A stretch of 64,000 nt of DNA from an uncultured Chlamydiae bacterium (lineage in GTDB: Bacteria; Chlamydiota; Chlamydiia; Chlamydiales; JAJFMA01): positions 3,392,001-3,456,000 of the forward strand of contig CAVQMM010000001.1 in assembly GCA_963713615.1 (NCBI GenBank), read 5' to 3'. Positions 1-10,252 of the stretch are shown in pieces; position 1 is the stretch's first letter; every line of letters begins with the position of its first letter. Position numbers and translations under genes: made by a program. Under the pieces are notes generated by a model, which made no database searches, was not told the DNA's origin, and was given only the letters and a program-made list of their open reading frames with translations.

Positions 1-128
1 CATGTCTCTTTAAAATCGGCATGTGTGAGCTTGCTCTTTTTTTCTCGTATCCGAAGCGCGCTTTCTTCACCTGATTTCAGGGCTATGGTTGTCTCTCTGC
101 CTTAAATACATTGTCTTGGATGAGTTTT

Positions 129-599
129 CTATCCAAGGGATTTTTGATAGATAAATATGCTATGCTTAACACTACCTGGAATAGTTCTATTCTCAAGAGT
201 TTTGATCAGTTCTTTCACTCTCTCAGTATAATGCAGATTTCGAAACTCTTTTTCTATTAAAAGGACATTTAGATATAAATTTAAACATAGTAATCTTGAT
301 TTTTCAGATAGATCTTCATATTGCTTGGCTTCGCATATCAATGCCATCTCATAAATTAAATCCGCGCAGACAATGGCTCGTTCTGTATCTAGATATTTTG
401 TACCCCCTTTAAAATGCTCTAGGATTTGATCTGGTGACATCTCTAAGAGGACAGTCATATCTGTTTGTAAATAACGTTGACTAGCGTTTTGAATTTGATG
501 AAGTGCTTCCTCATAATGCTCTGCCTTTCTTGCTGTAATAATAGCTACAAGCGCCTGAACAAATTGTTCGATAATCCTGAGTATATAGTCTCTATTCAT
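129..599 (-). CDS. Hypothetical helical protein, DUF6483-like
   Basis: ORF 129..686; the more plausible start is MNRDYILRIIEQF (599), which resembles the DUF6483 N-terminus as I recall it. Confidence 0.55.
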   Translation of the reverse strand: MNRDYILRIIEQFVQALVAIITARKAEHYEEALHQIQNASQRYLQTDMTVLLEMSPDQILEHFKGGTKYLDTERAIVCADLIYEMALICEAKQYEDLSEKSRLLCLNLYLNVLLIEKEFRNLHYTERVKELIKTLENRTIPGSVKHSIFIYQKSLG

Positions 600-870
600 G
601 ATCAATCCGGCTTTTGGGGGAAATTGGGAGCTCTTTTCATCAGCGATTAGTGGACTAAAACCCTGTCTCCGAATCGCATATCGCAAGTGAGGATCGACTG
701 GCCTGTAGCTCAGCTTGATGTTGTTTGGCTCTTTTCCAGTAGCTTAGCAGCGCATCATCGAATGATTGGTGATGTAGGTCGGCATACCCATCATCACACT
801 CAAGTCAGTATTTAGAGAGTCTAAAGATGTCAGAAAATCAGCCTCTTGACAAGCGTTAAGTGAAGGTCCA

Positions 871-928
871 TCCGCAGTCATGGAATGACTGCGCCACACC
901 GGAAGCCTCGTTTTGGGGCTCCAAAGCG
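871..928. repeat. Half copy of palindromic repeat family A (CGCAGTCATGGAATGACTGCGCCACA) plus outer-arm remnant
   Basis: Same sequence at 4016-4045, 5753-5775 and 7675-7703. Confidence 0.85.
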
Positions 929-960
929 AAGACTAACAGTAAGAAAAACAAACGACTGTG

Positions 961-3615
961 TCATAACCAAAAGTGAAATCTTCGAATAAACCATATCTTA
1001 ACAATTTGTACTAATGCACAGTAACTAATCAATGTAGCTACCAACCAATAATAAAAATTTCCGGGTAGTGGAACAAAGCCTAGGCTTGCTCCCACATTTG
1101 TGTAAGGAAGGTAGATGCCAATCGCCATAATCACTGTCGTGGTTGTAAGGAGTGGTAACGAGGCGATACTTTGGATAAAAGGGATTTTCTGTGTTCTAAT
1201 CATATGCACAATCAAGGTCTGAGATAAAAGCCCTTCCACGAACCATCCTGATTGGAATAAGGCCTGATTTGCAACTGAATTAGCGGCAAAGACATACCAT
1301 AACACTGCAAAAGTCGTATAATCAAAAATGGAACTGATCGGTCCAATGAAAAGCATAAATTTTGCTATTCCACTGGGATCCCATTTGCGCGGTTTCTTCA
1401 GGAACTCACGGTCGACATTGTCAAAAGGAATGGTAAGTTGTGAAAAGTCGTAAAGCAGATTTTGCACCAGCAACTGCAAGGGCATCATGGGTAAAAAAGG
1501 AAACAGGGCGCTTGCTCCCAATATGCTGAAAACATTGCCGAAATTTGAGCTGACGGCCATCTTGATATATTTAATAATATTTCCAAATGTCTTGCGTCCT
1601 TCAACGACCCCGTCCTTCAAGAATAACAGGCTTTTTTCTAGCATGATGATATCTGCAGACTCTTTAGCAATATCTACGGCGGTATCGACCGAAATCCCAA
1701 TATCTGCCTCTTTTAAGGCAGGCGCATCGTTAATGCCATCACCTAGAAAACCTACTGTATGACCATTAGCTTTGAGCATTGAAATAACCCTAGACTTATG
1801 CAAAGGGGAAAGTTTTGCAAAAATGGTTGTGTCATCAACCTGCGTGCGAAGCTCGGCATCACTTAATACTTCGATTTCAGGACCGTTTAAGACTTTATCT
1901 ACTTTTAATCCCACCCACTTACAAATTTTCCTTGTGACAATTTCATTGTCGCCTGTTAAGACCTTCACCTGAATATTCAATATCTGTAATTCTTCAATAG
2001 CTTTCTCAGCGGATTGCTTGGGAGGATCCAGAAAGGCCAAAAAACCCATCAGGATTAGAGAATGTTCATCCTTAACCTTATATTCCTTGTTAGCTTCTGC
2101 CGGAATTTCTTTGTAAGCTACTCCCAAGACGCGCAGTCCATCTTCATTCATTTCATCGACCAAACGCATTGCCTGCTGCTTTATTTGATCTGTCAATGGC
2201 ATGACATCCCCATTAGATCTTGCAAAGCTACAGACATTGATCATTTCCTCAACTGCGCCTTTGCAAATCAGCAGATGTTGTTGCGGGGATTTTTCAACGA
2301 CCACTGACATCCTTCGTCTAATGAAATCGAAAGGAATTTCATCAATTTTGCGGAACGCCTGCCCAATATGCATTTGTTTCTTAATTTCCGCATGTTCTAA
2401 TACCGCTGAATCCAAAAGGTTCTTTAAGCCGGTCTGGTAGTAACTGTTGAGATAGCCATACTGCAAAACTTCTTCATTCTCTCCTCCTTCAAGACTTAAG
2501 TGCTTTTCAAGAATAATGCGATCCTGAGTTAACGTCCCTGTCTTGTCCGTACATAAAATATTCATCGCGCCAAAATTCTGAATAGAATTTAGTCGCTTGA
2601 CCACTACCTTGCTGCGCGACATTTTTACAGCACCACTAGCCAAGTTGGCTGTGACGATCATGGGTAGCATTTCCGGAATTAAGCCTACAGCGACAGACAA
2701 CGCGAAGAGGAGAGCCTCAAACCAATTCCCTTTTGTAAAGCCATTGATCAGCAATACAATCGGCACCATGACAAACATGAAGCGTATCAATAGCCATGAC
2801 ACCTTATTGATGCCAATATCAAAACTTGTAGGGGGACGATTACCGGAAATATTTTTAGCGATTGAACCAAAAAAAGTATTATTTCCTGTGGCGACGACTA
2901 CAGCTACAGCCGTACCGTTAAGAACATTTGTACCATAGAAACACATGTTAGGCATTTCAATGAGATTGGTGAATTGGGGGTCTTTTTGCAGTGGTAGATC
3001 GTATTTCTCTATGGGCATAGATTCCCCTGTAAGAGAAGACTGACTGACGAATAATTCTTTTGAAGAAATTAGACGTACATCTGCAGGGAGCATGTCACCA
3101 GCCGAAAGAAAAATAATATCCCCTGGCACAATCTCCTTTATAGGAACTTCGAATTTCGTTCCTTCAGATAGCCTATCTCCGCGTCGGATGACGGTGGCGT
3201 TGGTACTGACCAAGGCTTTAAGCTTCTCGGCAGCAATATGAGAGCGCAATTCTTGAATAAAGCGAATGCCGACACTTAGGAGAACCATGACAAGAATAAT
3301 TAACATGCCGTCGAGATCATCAAGGAAATATGACAACATCCCTAATGCAGATAGCAAGAGGTTAAATGGATTGAGATAACTCCTAAACAGAAGTTGATAC
3401 CATGATGGGGGCCGTTCGTAGGATATTTCGTTTAACCCATATTTTTCTAAGCGCTCCTGAACATCACTACCTACCAATCCCCTTTCATCAGTTTCCAATT
3501 CCATAAAAATTTCAGGAATGATCTTGTGTGCATAGGCCAAAAGATTTTGCGAAATTTTTATTTCTGAATGGTTATCTTTCGTCTTTCGAAATAATGAAAA
3601 GAGGGGCTGCAACAT
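961..3615 (-). CDS. mgtA: Mg2+-translocating P-type ATPase
   Basis: 884 aa with TGES, PEMLP, DKTGTLT, GDGIND and NLLYD motifs. Confidence 0.95.
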   Translation of the reverse strand: MLQPLFSLFRKTKDNHSEIKISQNLLAYAHKIIPEIFMELETDERGLVGSDVQERLEKYGLNEISYERPPSWYQLLFRSYLNPFNLLLSALGMLSYFLDDLDGMLIILVMVLLSVGIRFIQELRSHIAAEKLKALVSTNATVIRRGDRLSEGTKFEVPIKEIVPGDIIFLSAGDMLPADVRLISSKELFVSQSSLTGESMPIEKYDLPLQKDPQFTNLIEMPNMCFYGTNVLNGTAVAVVVATGNNTFFGSIAKNISGNRPPTSFDIGINKVSWLLIRFMFVMVPIVLLINGFTKGNWFEALLFALSVAVGLIPEMLPMIVTANLASGAVKMSRSKVVVKRLNSIQNFGAMNILCTDKTGTLTQDRIILEKHLSLEGGENEEVLQYGYLNSYYQTGLKNLLDSAVLEHAEIKKQMHIGQAFRKIDEIPFDFIRRRMSVVVEKSPQQHLLICKGAVEEMINVCSFARSNGDVMPLTDQIKQQAMRLVDEMNEDGLRVLGVAYKEIPAEANKEYKVKDEHSLILMGFLAFLDPPKQSAEKAIEELQILNIQVKVLTGDNEIVTRKICKWVGLKVDKVLNGPEIEVLSDAELRTQVDDTTIFAKLSPLHKSRVISMLKANGHTVGFLGDGINDAPALKEADIGISVDTAVDIAKESADIIMLEKSLLFLKDGVVEGRKTFGNIIKYIKMAVSSNFGNVFSILGASALFPFLPMMPLQLLVQNLLYDFSQLTIPFDNVDREFLKKPRKWDPSGIAKFMLFIGPISSIFDYTTFAVLWYVFAANSVANQALFQSGWFVEGLLSQTLIVHMIRTQKIPFIQSIASLPLLTTTTVIMAIGIYLPYTNVGASLGFVPLPGNFYYWLVATLISYCALVQIVKIWFIRRFHFWL

Positions 3616-3892
3616 GGCTTATAAATACTCCGACGATGTTTTTGGAATATTCATGATAATCTGCTTTTTTGATCTGAGGCTGAAATTTCAATTTCAGACT
3701 GTCCTATACCGTGCGTGGTATAAATGCAGAGAGCCCTGCTTTTGTGACATACGATTCATGAAGGGGTAAAAGATCATTCTTTTGTTCAAGCGCATAAGCA
3801 GGCCTTTCTTCTTACAGGCATGCACTGAGCTCTCTTTTTATGACAAGGAATTTTTATTTGAAGAAAAAAGGTTCTTGGGAACAATTGGAGCC

Positions 3893-4124
3893 GCTTTGGA
3901 GTCCCAACCGATTGCGTCGCCAATATCCGAAGGTAACGAGGCTTCCTATGTGGCGCATTCATTCCATGGTTGCGAGAACGGTTGAAACAGATTCCGTTTG
4001 CATCACATATTGGTCCGCAGTCATGGAATGACTGCGCCACATAGGAAACCTTGTTACTTTCAGATATTGGTAACGCAGTCGGTTGGCGCTTCTGAATGCG
4101 TCAAATTTAACCACGCGTGGTATA
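3893..4124. repeat. Composite hairpin: family A with long outer arms, followed by a family B half element
   Basis: About 80-bp imperfect inverted arms at 3893-3974 and 4016-4092; 4095-4124 matches the right arm of the element at 24333-24393. Confidence 0.85.
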
Positions 4125-4577
4125 TAACTTCATTCCCTCATGACTCGCAACAAAACCGAGCCGTTCATAAAACTCTTTCGCTCGAGCACGTTTTTTGTTT
4201 GTGGTTAGTTGTAGAAGCGAAACACCATTGGCTTTGCCATATTCGATCGCGGCACCCAGCATCTGTGTACCGATTCTATGACCTCGATGTTCTTTGGATA
4301 CGCGTACAGCCTCAATCTGCATTCTCGTGGAACCCCTGAACGTAAGAGAAGGCATAATAGTCAGGTGACATGTTCCAACTATTTTGTCGTCCATGATCGC
4401 CAGCATAAGGAATTGATTCGGGTCCGCATCGATTTTATGGAATGCATCAATATAGCACTGGTCTAGACCCCCTGTATGCTGTTCTCGTGTTTTGCCTAGA
4501 TCATCTTCGATTAACAAGTTAATGATGGCTTGGAGATCGTTGACAACAGCTTTTCGAAAATAGAGGCTTGTGTTCAT
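4107..4577 (-). CDS. GNAT family N-acetyltransferase
   Basis: IEAVRVSKEHRGHRIGTQML acetyl-CoA-binding motif and AKEFYERLGF; start trimmed to MNTSLYFR. Confidence 0.88.
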   Translation of the reverse strand: MNTSLYFRKAVVNDLQAIINLLIEDDLGKTREQHTGGLDQCYIDAFHKIDADPNQFLMLAIMDDKIVGTCHLTIMPSLTFRGSTRMQIEAVRVSKEHRGHRIGTQMLGAAIEYGKANGVSLLQLTTNKKRARAKEFYERLGFVASHEGMKLYTTRG

Positions 4578-4673
4578 GCAGATTCCGATTGTTCTAAGGC
4601 CTGAGGGCATTTATGTATTATAAAAATAGCTGAACTGTTGAGATAATTTGGCACATGCAGGCATACTCTTAGC

Positions 4674-5690
4674 ATGCTAGAAAAACAACCCCTTTCAGAT
4701 CAACTCATTATTAATTGCCTAAATATCAATTACGGCATTAACGTTGCTACGCTTACGTTTCTCCCTCTTGGTGCGGATATGAATGCGTCAGTATATAAAG
4801 CTCAAACGTATGACCAGAGATCTTATTTCGTAAAGTTAAAACGTGGCCATCATCATGATATCAGCATTGTGATAGTGGAGCTATTACATGATGCCGGAAT
4901 TCAACAGATTATTCCGCCCATTAAAACATCTCTCTGGTCAATCAACCCAGCGTATCGAAGATTTTACCCTTATTGTGTACCCATTTGTCAAGGGACAGGA
5001 CGGATTTAGCTGTAATCTAACGGATAATCAATGGTTTAACCTTGGTAAAGCGTTGAGGCAAGTTCACGAAATTGATGTCCCCCCATCAATCCAAAATCAA
5101 CTCCGAAGGGAAGTCTATTCACCTAAATGGCGAGAGGCTGTCCGGTCGCTCTATGTTCATATTGAAGCTGAACCTATCGGTGATGAGATTGCCTTAAAAT
5201 TATTGAAGTTTATGAAAGAGAATATGCCAACAATTCGACGACTAGTAGATCGCGCTGAACAGCTCGGCCAAAAGCTGCAGGACCAATCGCACTAAATTCG
5301 TGCTTGTGCCATTCCGACATTCATGGCGGTAATGTATTGATAGATGGAAATGACACTATCTACATAGTGGATTGGGATGATCCTATTATGGCACCAAAGG
5401 AACGCGACCTCATGTTTATTGGCGGAGGTGTTGCAAATGTTTGGAATAAGCTGCATGAGGAAAAGTCTTTTTATAGAGGCTACGGAAGGACTGAAATTAA
5501 TTCGACAATCCTGGCCTATTACCGGCATGAACGAATCGTGGAAGATATTGCTATCTACGGTCATGAGTTGCTTTTGACGATGGCTGGGGGCAAAGACAGA
5601 GCAGAGATGTACAAGCAGTTTATAGGCATGTTTGAACCTCGTGGTGTAGTAGATATAGCATTCGCAACTGACAAAGGCCTAACCATATAG
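4674..5690 (+). pseudogene. Aminoglycoside/spectinomycin phosphotransferase, APH(9)-like, frameshifted
   Basis: ORFs 4674-5009, 4888-5295 and 5304-5690 join into one APH (GADMNA, YFVKLK, YSPKWRE, CHSDIHGGN, DWDDP, PKERDLMFIGGG); apparent +1 shifts near 4930, 5290 and 5303. Confidence 0.85.
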
Positions 5691-5731
5691 AGACCCTCAG
5701 GAAAGGACGAAAAAGACCTTAAGCTGCTCCC

Positions 5732-5812
5732 TGTGGCGCAGTCATTCCATGACATGGAATGACTGCGCCACATAGGAAATTGCGCCAGCCAACCTTTTGA
5801 GTTACTTGGAAG
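5732..5812. repeat. Family A perfect palindrome (20-bp arms, 1-nt loop) with a tail
   Basis: TGTGGCGCAGTCATTCCATG-A-CATGGAATGACTGCGCCACA at 5732-5772; 5753-5812 is an inverted copy of 7512-7569. Confidence 0.9.
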
Positions 5813-5911
5813 TGCGACAGCTTTGGGTTCCTTACAATAGCTGTGAATAGCATAATTAGCCCCATCTTAACCAATTATTAACATTCATTTGATATCATTT
5901 CTCCATTCGAA

Positions 5912-7441
5912 TTGAAAAAAGGGGAGGCGATTATAATGATAAATATTCATTTAACAGATAAAATTGAATCAATTTTAGTGTCAGCACGAGACACATGTAA
6001 AAACGACAATATAGCATCTCAATTTAAGGGACGAACGCTATTGGCTATCGCCACTCCTATTGGAACTACACTGAGAGCCTCTGCAATTTATAAGGAAACT
6101 GCATGGGAATGTTTCGATAAAATCTTTCACTCACAGGATGCTATAAATAATTCTTGGCTTAATATCAGTAAAAAGACTTTTCAGGCTACCCTTCTGGTCA
6201 TCAGTTCCATTTTTCTTCTGCCAATCAGTTTTTTTGCCCCCAATAAAGTGAGTCATTTCATAGAATTCTACAATGTCATATCGAGAGAAACCCCTCCTAC
6301 CTATCTAAAAAGGCTCTCTCAAATATGTCAAACCAACCTAAACAGTCTCTCTAAAGTATGGCCAAAAATTCGACCCACTCCGAAAACAGCAGGCATCATA
6401 GGTGGATTGGCTTTAACAATACTTTCAATCGGTGCGGTTGCTTGGTATCGATCACAACAAACTTTGGAACGACAATTTACAATGGGAACTACGTACATTA
6501 AAGGTAACCCGTTGCGAGATTCCCTATCCGAAATGGTCGCAGGAAATCACGAGGAATACGCCCAAAGGTGGGGCATGAATCACGAATTGGAAACCACCAA
6601 TCTATTAAAGAATGCCTGTTCAAAAAATGCATTTAGCAGTGAACAGATCGATTGTGAGCCCTATTGGAACAAAGTAGCCATTCTGCGAAGGTGGTTGCAT
6701 AATCCAGAAAAAGATAGTCGCGAGCAATGGTATATTATGGCAGACGATGACATGCCTGTGACCAATATGAATGTCAATCCAAGCACAGCCATTGATGCAC
6801 TCAGAGGACTCACAGATAGCAGTATCATTATCGCAAAGGATGTGATGAATTGGCACAGCAACGCAGACACAGCTGTGAACACCGGTTTGATGATTGTACG
6901 CAAGGACGACACCTCGAAAACGTTTTTTGACAACCTTTGGGAACGAAGAAATTCCTATGTTGGCCTGCATAATTGCCCAACTCTAGGAGTCTGCAAAGAA
7001 CAGAAATCACTTCACGAACAGAATGCCTTTGCCGATTTATTAGATGAAAATCCATCCCTAATGAATGGTGCTATCTCAGTCGTCGAACCTCGCAATAGCA
7101 ATCACAGCCCACACCTATTAGCCTCCCTACTGGGTAAAGTCATTCGACTCCTTAATTCCGATTCGAGCGCAAGCCTACTAGCTAAGTTAGGAGGCAGAGC
7201 AAAAATAGCCCTTAACACATTCCATCGAAATGGATGCTTTATACGGCAAGAACCAGACTGGGAAAACCGTGTTCACTACAACGATTCTCACGAGGGCACA
7301 TGGCGTAAAGGGGATTGGATGGGACAAACTGCTGGCGTTCCCGTATGGGGCTGGTGGTGTGGAGATAAAGATAGTAAGCCCCCTGGCCATATCAGAAAGG
7401 ACATGCTGCAACACCTGTTCGACAACACTATCCGTGCCTGA
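5912..7441 (+). CDS. Membrane-anchored glycosyltransferase, GT34 (GMA12/MNN10)-like
   Basis: PYWNKVAILRRWL, WYIMADDD (DxD), IIIAKD, VNTGLMIVR and HEQNAF motifs; two N-terminal hydrophobic segments; start may be the ATG at 5936. Confidence 0.7.
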   Translation: MKKGEAIIMINIHLTDKIESILVSARDTCKNDNIASQFKGRTLLAIATPIGTTLRASAIYKETAWECFDKIFHSQDAINNSWLNISKKTFQATLLVISSIFLLPISFFAPNKVSHFIEFYNVISRETPPTYLKRLSQICQTNLNSLSKVWPKIRPTPKTAGIIGGLALTILSIGAVAWYRSQQTLERQFTMGTTYIKGNPLRDSLSEMVAGNHEEYAQRWGMNHELETTNLLKNACSKNAFSSEQIDCEPYWNKVAILRRWLHNPEKDSREQWYIMADDDMPVTNMNVNPSTAIDALRGLTDSSIIIAKDVMNWHSNADTAVNTGLMIVRKDDTSKTFFDNLWERRNSYVGLHNCPTLGVCKEQKSLHEQNAFADLLDENPSLMNGAISVVEPRNSNHSPHLLASLLGKVIRLLNSDSSASLLAKLGGRAKIALNTFHRNGCFIRQEPDWENRVHYNDSHEGTWRKGDWMGQTAGVPVWGWWCGDKDSKPPGHIRKDMLQHLFDNTIRA

Positions 7442-7491
7442 AGAAAAGCTCGTGAGATTTCTATTCCTGGATCAGCAGGTGCGACAAAACC

Positions 7492-7703
7492 GCGCGCGGT
7501 TAGATTTGGCGCTTCCAAGTAACTCAAAGTTGGCTGGCGCAATCTCCTATGTGGCGCAGTCATTCCATGCCATTCCATGACTGCGAGAATGGTTGAAACA
7601 GATTCCGTTTGCATCACATGGGACGTTTGTTTTGCGCACCACCACAATTGCAATGGATTGTTCGCAGTCATTCCATGCATGGAATGACTGCGCCACATAG
7701 GAG
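7492..7703. repeat. Family B half element plus family A MITE-like element (7544-7703)
   Basis: Terminal inverted repeats CTCCTATGTGGCGCAGTCATTCCATG / CATGGAATGACTGCGCCACATAGGAG; internal GGTTGAAACAGATTCCGTTTGCATCACAT shared with 3980-4008. Confidence 0.88.
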
Positions 7704-7751
7704 CTTTCCATGACAATCTGGCCGCGCGTATATAGGTCCGGTTCACCATTT

Positions 7752-8516
7752 TTATTGCCAGCGAGCTTCACGCTTTTCGGTAAAGGCGCGAATGCCTTCT
7801 TCAGCTTCATGGGTGCCCCTAGCCTGCATGTGAAAGGCCAATGCGCGGTCGATATCATGTTCGAGCCGTACAGGATCGAGTTCCTGAAGTAGTGTTTTGG
7901 AAAGATTCGTGGCCATTGGAGCTCCCTTGAGAACGCTATTGGCAAGGTTATTAGCTTCATCATAGAGCTTATCATCGTCCACTGCACGGTTGATCAGCCC
8001 GATCTGTTCTGCGCGTTCCGCCGTGACCAGCTCTCCTGTTAGCAGCAATTCGCGGACGTAACGATCGCTAACTTGCCGCTTTAGTAGTGTCATGACCAGC
8101 GCCGCGACAAGTCCTCGTCGAGTTTCCGGATATCCAATTTTGGCGGTTTTAGCTGCAACGACGAGGTCACAAGCAGAAATAAAACCCGCTCCGCCTGCTA
8201 TGGCCGCTCCCTGAACTGCTGCGATAGTAACGCAAGGGCAGAAATAAAGGGTTTTTAATGTCTCTGCCATGTTGTGGGCGAGCATATGAGATGGGCCTTC
8301 CTCCGCGGCTTCCTTAAGGTCGAGGCCTGCACAAAATACCGGTCCTGCACCTTTGATGATCACAACGCGTCGCCCAGGCTGCTGACTGATGGCATGGAGT
8401 CCCTGTTCGATATCCTTCAGCAAGGCGTTGTTTAGAGCATTGCGGGCTTCGGGACGATTCAGCTCTAGGATGCTAATTCCATCTGGAGCGTGAGATACAT
8501 TGACTAAGTTTGCCAT
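7752..8516 (-). CDS. Enoyl-CoA hydratase/isomerase (methylglutaconyl-CoA hydratase / AtuE-LiuC-like)
   Basis: LNRPEARNAL, FCAGLDL, AIAGGAG and EAEEGIRAFTEKR crotonase motifs. Confidence 0.9.
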   Translation of the reverse strand: MANLVNVSHAPDGISILELNRPEARNALNNALLKDIEQGLHAISQQPGRRVVIIKGAGPVFCAGLDLKEAAEEGPSHMLAHNMAETLKTLYFCPCVTIAAVQGAAIAGGAGFISACDLVVAAKTAKIGYPETRRGLVAALVMTLLKRQVSDRYVRELLLTGELVTAERAEQIGLINRAVDDDKLYDEANNLANSVLKGAPMATNLSKTLLQELDPVRLEHDIDRALAFHMQARGTHEAEEGIRAFTEKREARWQ

Positions 8517-8881
8517 GCTTTTTCTCCTGAATGGGGTCGGCTGTAGGCCAATTGATTCTGAGGGATTGTCAACGACAGTTCCAAAATAGCTTGTCCAAGT
8601 GCTTTACCTTGGGCATCGAGGCGAAGGGAGCGACTGCCACCGCCAGCGAGGGCTCCTTCCAACACAAAGTTCAAGGCCCATAGATTGTCCATTTCGTAGC
8701 GAATAACCTTGGAGGGTTCTAAGGGTTTAAAATAACGTTCTACCATTTCTGCGGTCAACCGTAACTTTAAGACATCGTAGCCGACTTGCGTGTATGCGAT
8801 GACCCCAATATTTGCTGAATTACCTTTATCGCCACTACGAGCATAGGCGATGTCTCCTAGTCGCACACGTGTTGTCGTCAT
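8504..8881 (-). CDS. AtuA C-terminal-like domain protein
   Basis: AYARSGDKGNSANIGVIA and LAGGGSRSLRLDAQGKALGQ motifs. Confidence 0.85.
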   Translation of the reverse strand: MTTTRVRLGDIAYARSGDKGNSANIGVIAYTQVGYDVLKLRLTAEMVERYFKPLEPSKVIRYEMDNLWALNFVLEGALAGGGSRSLRLDAQGKALGQAILELSLTIPQNQLAYSRPHSGEKAWQT

Positions 8882-10233
8882 GCAACCTCCAAAATCTCAA
8901 TCGTCGGTTTAACTTGCGTTGTGTCAATTAGGCAGGGCCAGTAACCGAATACAGGTCGAATATGTGGGCGGCCAGTGGCGTATCCTGTGACACCAGCCGG
9001 TCCACTGGTGACAAGAGGGGCAATTTCCTTGGTAAAGGCTTCTACTGCTTCATGCCTGGGGTCGGCCACAGCAATGCGGAGCACGACTTCTAGGAGGTTT
9101 GTATGCTCCGGAAGGATGTCTGGAACGGAGTCGCCGGCGCCCAGGCATTCGATCTGTGTGCGGGCGAGGTCATATCCAGCGAGTCGTACTCGCTCTAACA
9201 CGACTTCACCACAGGCTCGACCTTTTTGAGGAGCGTCCTTACCTACGATTGTTAGCATTGCTTCAGAACGATAGCCATCGCGGTAGCTCGCACTGACTTT
9301 GTAGGTAGGAGGCGGGGCAGTGCCGGTGGCTCCTGCCACCCGAACGCGGTTAGCTCCGAGCTGTTCTAGGTGTAATGTCAGAAAGGATACTGTAGCATCT
9401 GGGCTCAGATATCTGCCTGGATCCCCAATTTCGTATACTAGTTGCTCTTTGACGATTTCCAGGGTGACGGCTCCACCAGTCTTCGCTGGCTTGGTGATGA
9501 CACTATTGCCGTCTTCATCGATCTCTGCGACGGGATAACCTATTCGTGCCAGGTCGTGCAGCTCAAGCCACCGGTTGGCTATGCCGCCTGTTACCTGTGT
9601 ACCGCATTCGATGAGATGCCCTGCTACTGTCGCACCAGCCAGTCTATTGAAGTCGTTCCAATCCCAACCGAAATAATGCGCACATGCGGCTACAGTTAGG
9701 CTAGGATCTGCAACGCGGCCAGTGATGACGATATTAGCTCCTTGCTCAAGGGCTTGTGTGATGGGCTTTGCACCTAAATAGGCATTGGCTGTTACCAATT
9801 CCTTTAGGATACTTTGAAGCTCTTTTTTTGTTTCGAGGTTTTGAAATAGTGAATGACTTGGCGTTGCCTTCAGTAGATCCAGGACATTGTCGCCACCGAC
9901 TACACCGATTTTCATGCCGGGAAGTTCCTTGAGCACTTCACGGCATGCTTCTGCGCAGGCATGTGGATTTAATCCTCCTGCATTGCAGATGATTTTTGTC
10001 TTGTGGCCGGCTTTCCAGAGGGGGATGAGAGAGCGCACGACATCGATAAAATCTTTTGCATAACCTTGTGTGGGGTCTCGATCTCGCTGAATCGCCATAA
10101 TGGACAGAGACACTTCCGCAAGGTAGTCCAGGGTGAGATAGTCCAGATCGGGCTGTTGTTGAAGCAGATGCAGGGGGGCATCGGGCTGATCGCCCCAAAA
10201 TGCTTGTGCATTGCCTACCTTGACTGTTTTCAT
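8878..10233 (-). CDS. atuA: Acyclic terpene utilization AtuA family protein (N-terminal part)
   Basis: AFWGD, DYLAEVSL, NAGGLNP, NAYLGA, TGRVADPS, GHLIECGTQVTGG and EQLVYEIGDP motifs. Confidence 0.9.
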   Translation of the reverse strand: MKTVKVGNAQAFWGDQPDAPLHLLQQQPDLDYLTLDYLAEVSLSIMAIQRDRDPTQGYAKDFIDVVRSLIPLWKAGHKTKIICNAGGLNPHACAEACREVLKELPGMKIGVVGGDNVLDLLKATPSHSLFQNLETKKELQSILKELVTANAYLGAKPITQALEQGANIVITGRVADPSLTVAACAHYFGWDWNDFNRLAGATVAGHLIECGTQVTGGIANRWLELHDLARIGYPVAEIDEDGNSVITKPAKTGGAVTLEIVKEQLVYEIGDPGRYLSPDATVSFLTLHLEQLGANRVRVAGATGTAPPPTYKVSASYRDGYRSEAMLTIVGKDAPQKGRACGEVVLERVRLAGYDLARTQIECLGAGDSVPDILPEHTNLLEVVLRIAVADPRHEAVEAFTKEIAPLVTSGPAGVTGYATGRPHIRPVFGYWPCLIDTTQVKPTIEILEVA

Positions 10234-10252
10234 TTAGGACTCCTAACACCCT

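Noticed and set aside
3782..4040. ORFs 3782-3985, 3786-4040 and 3840-4031 (and 7288-7749)
   Set aside because: Their shared peptides (VAQSFH, MWRSHSM) are translations of repeat family A.
4649..4664. TGGCAC motif upstream of the APH gene as a sigma54 promoter
   Set aside because: The GG-to-GC spacing is 9 nt rather than the required 10.
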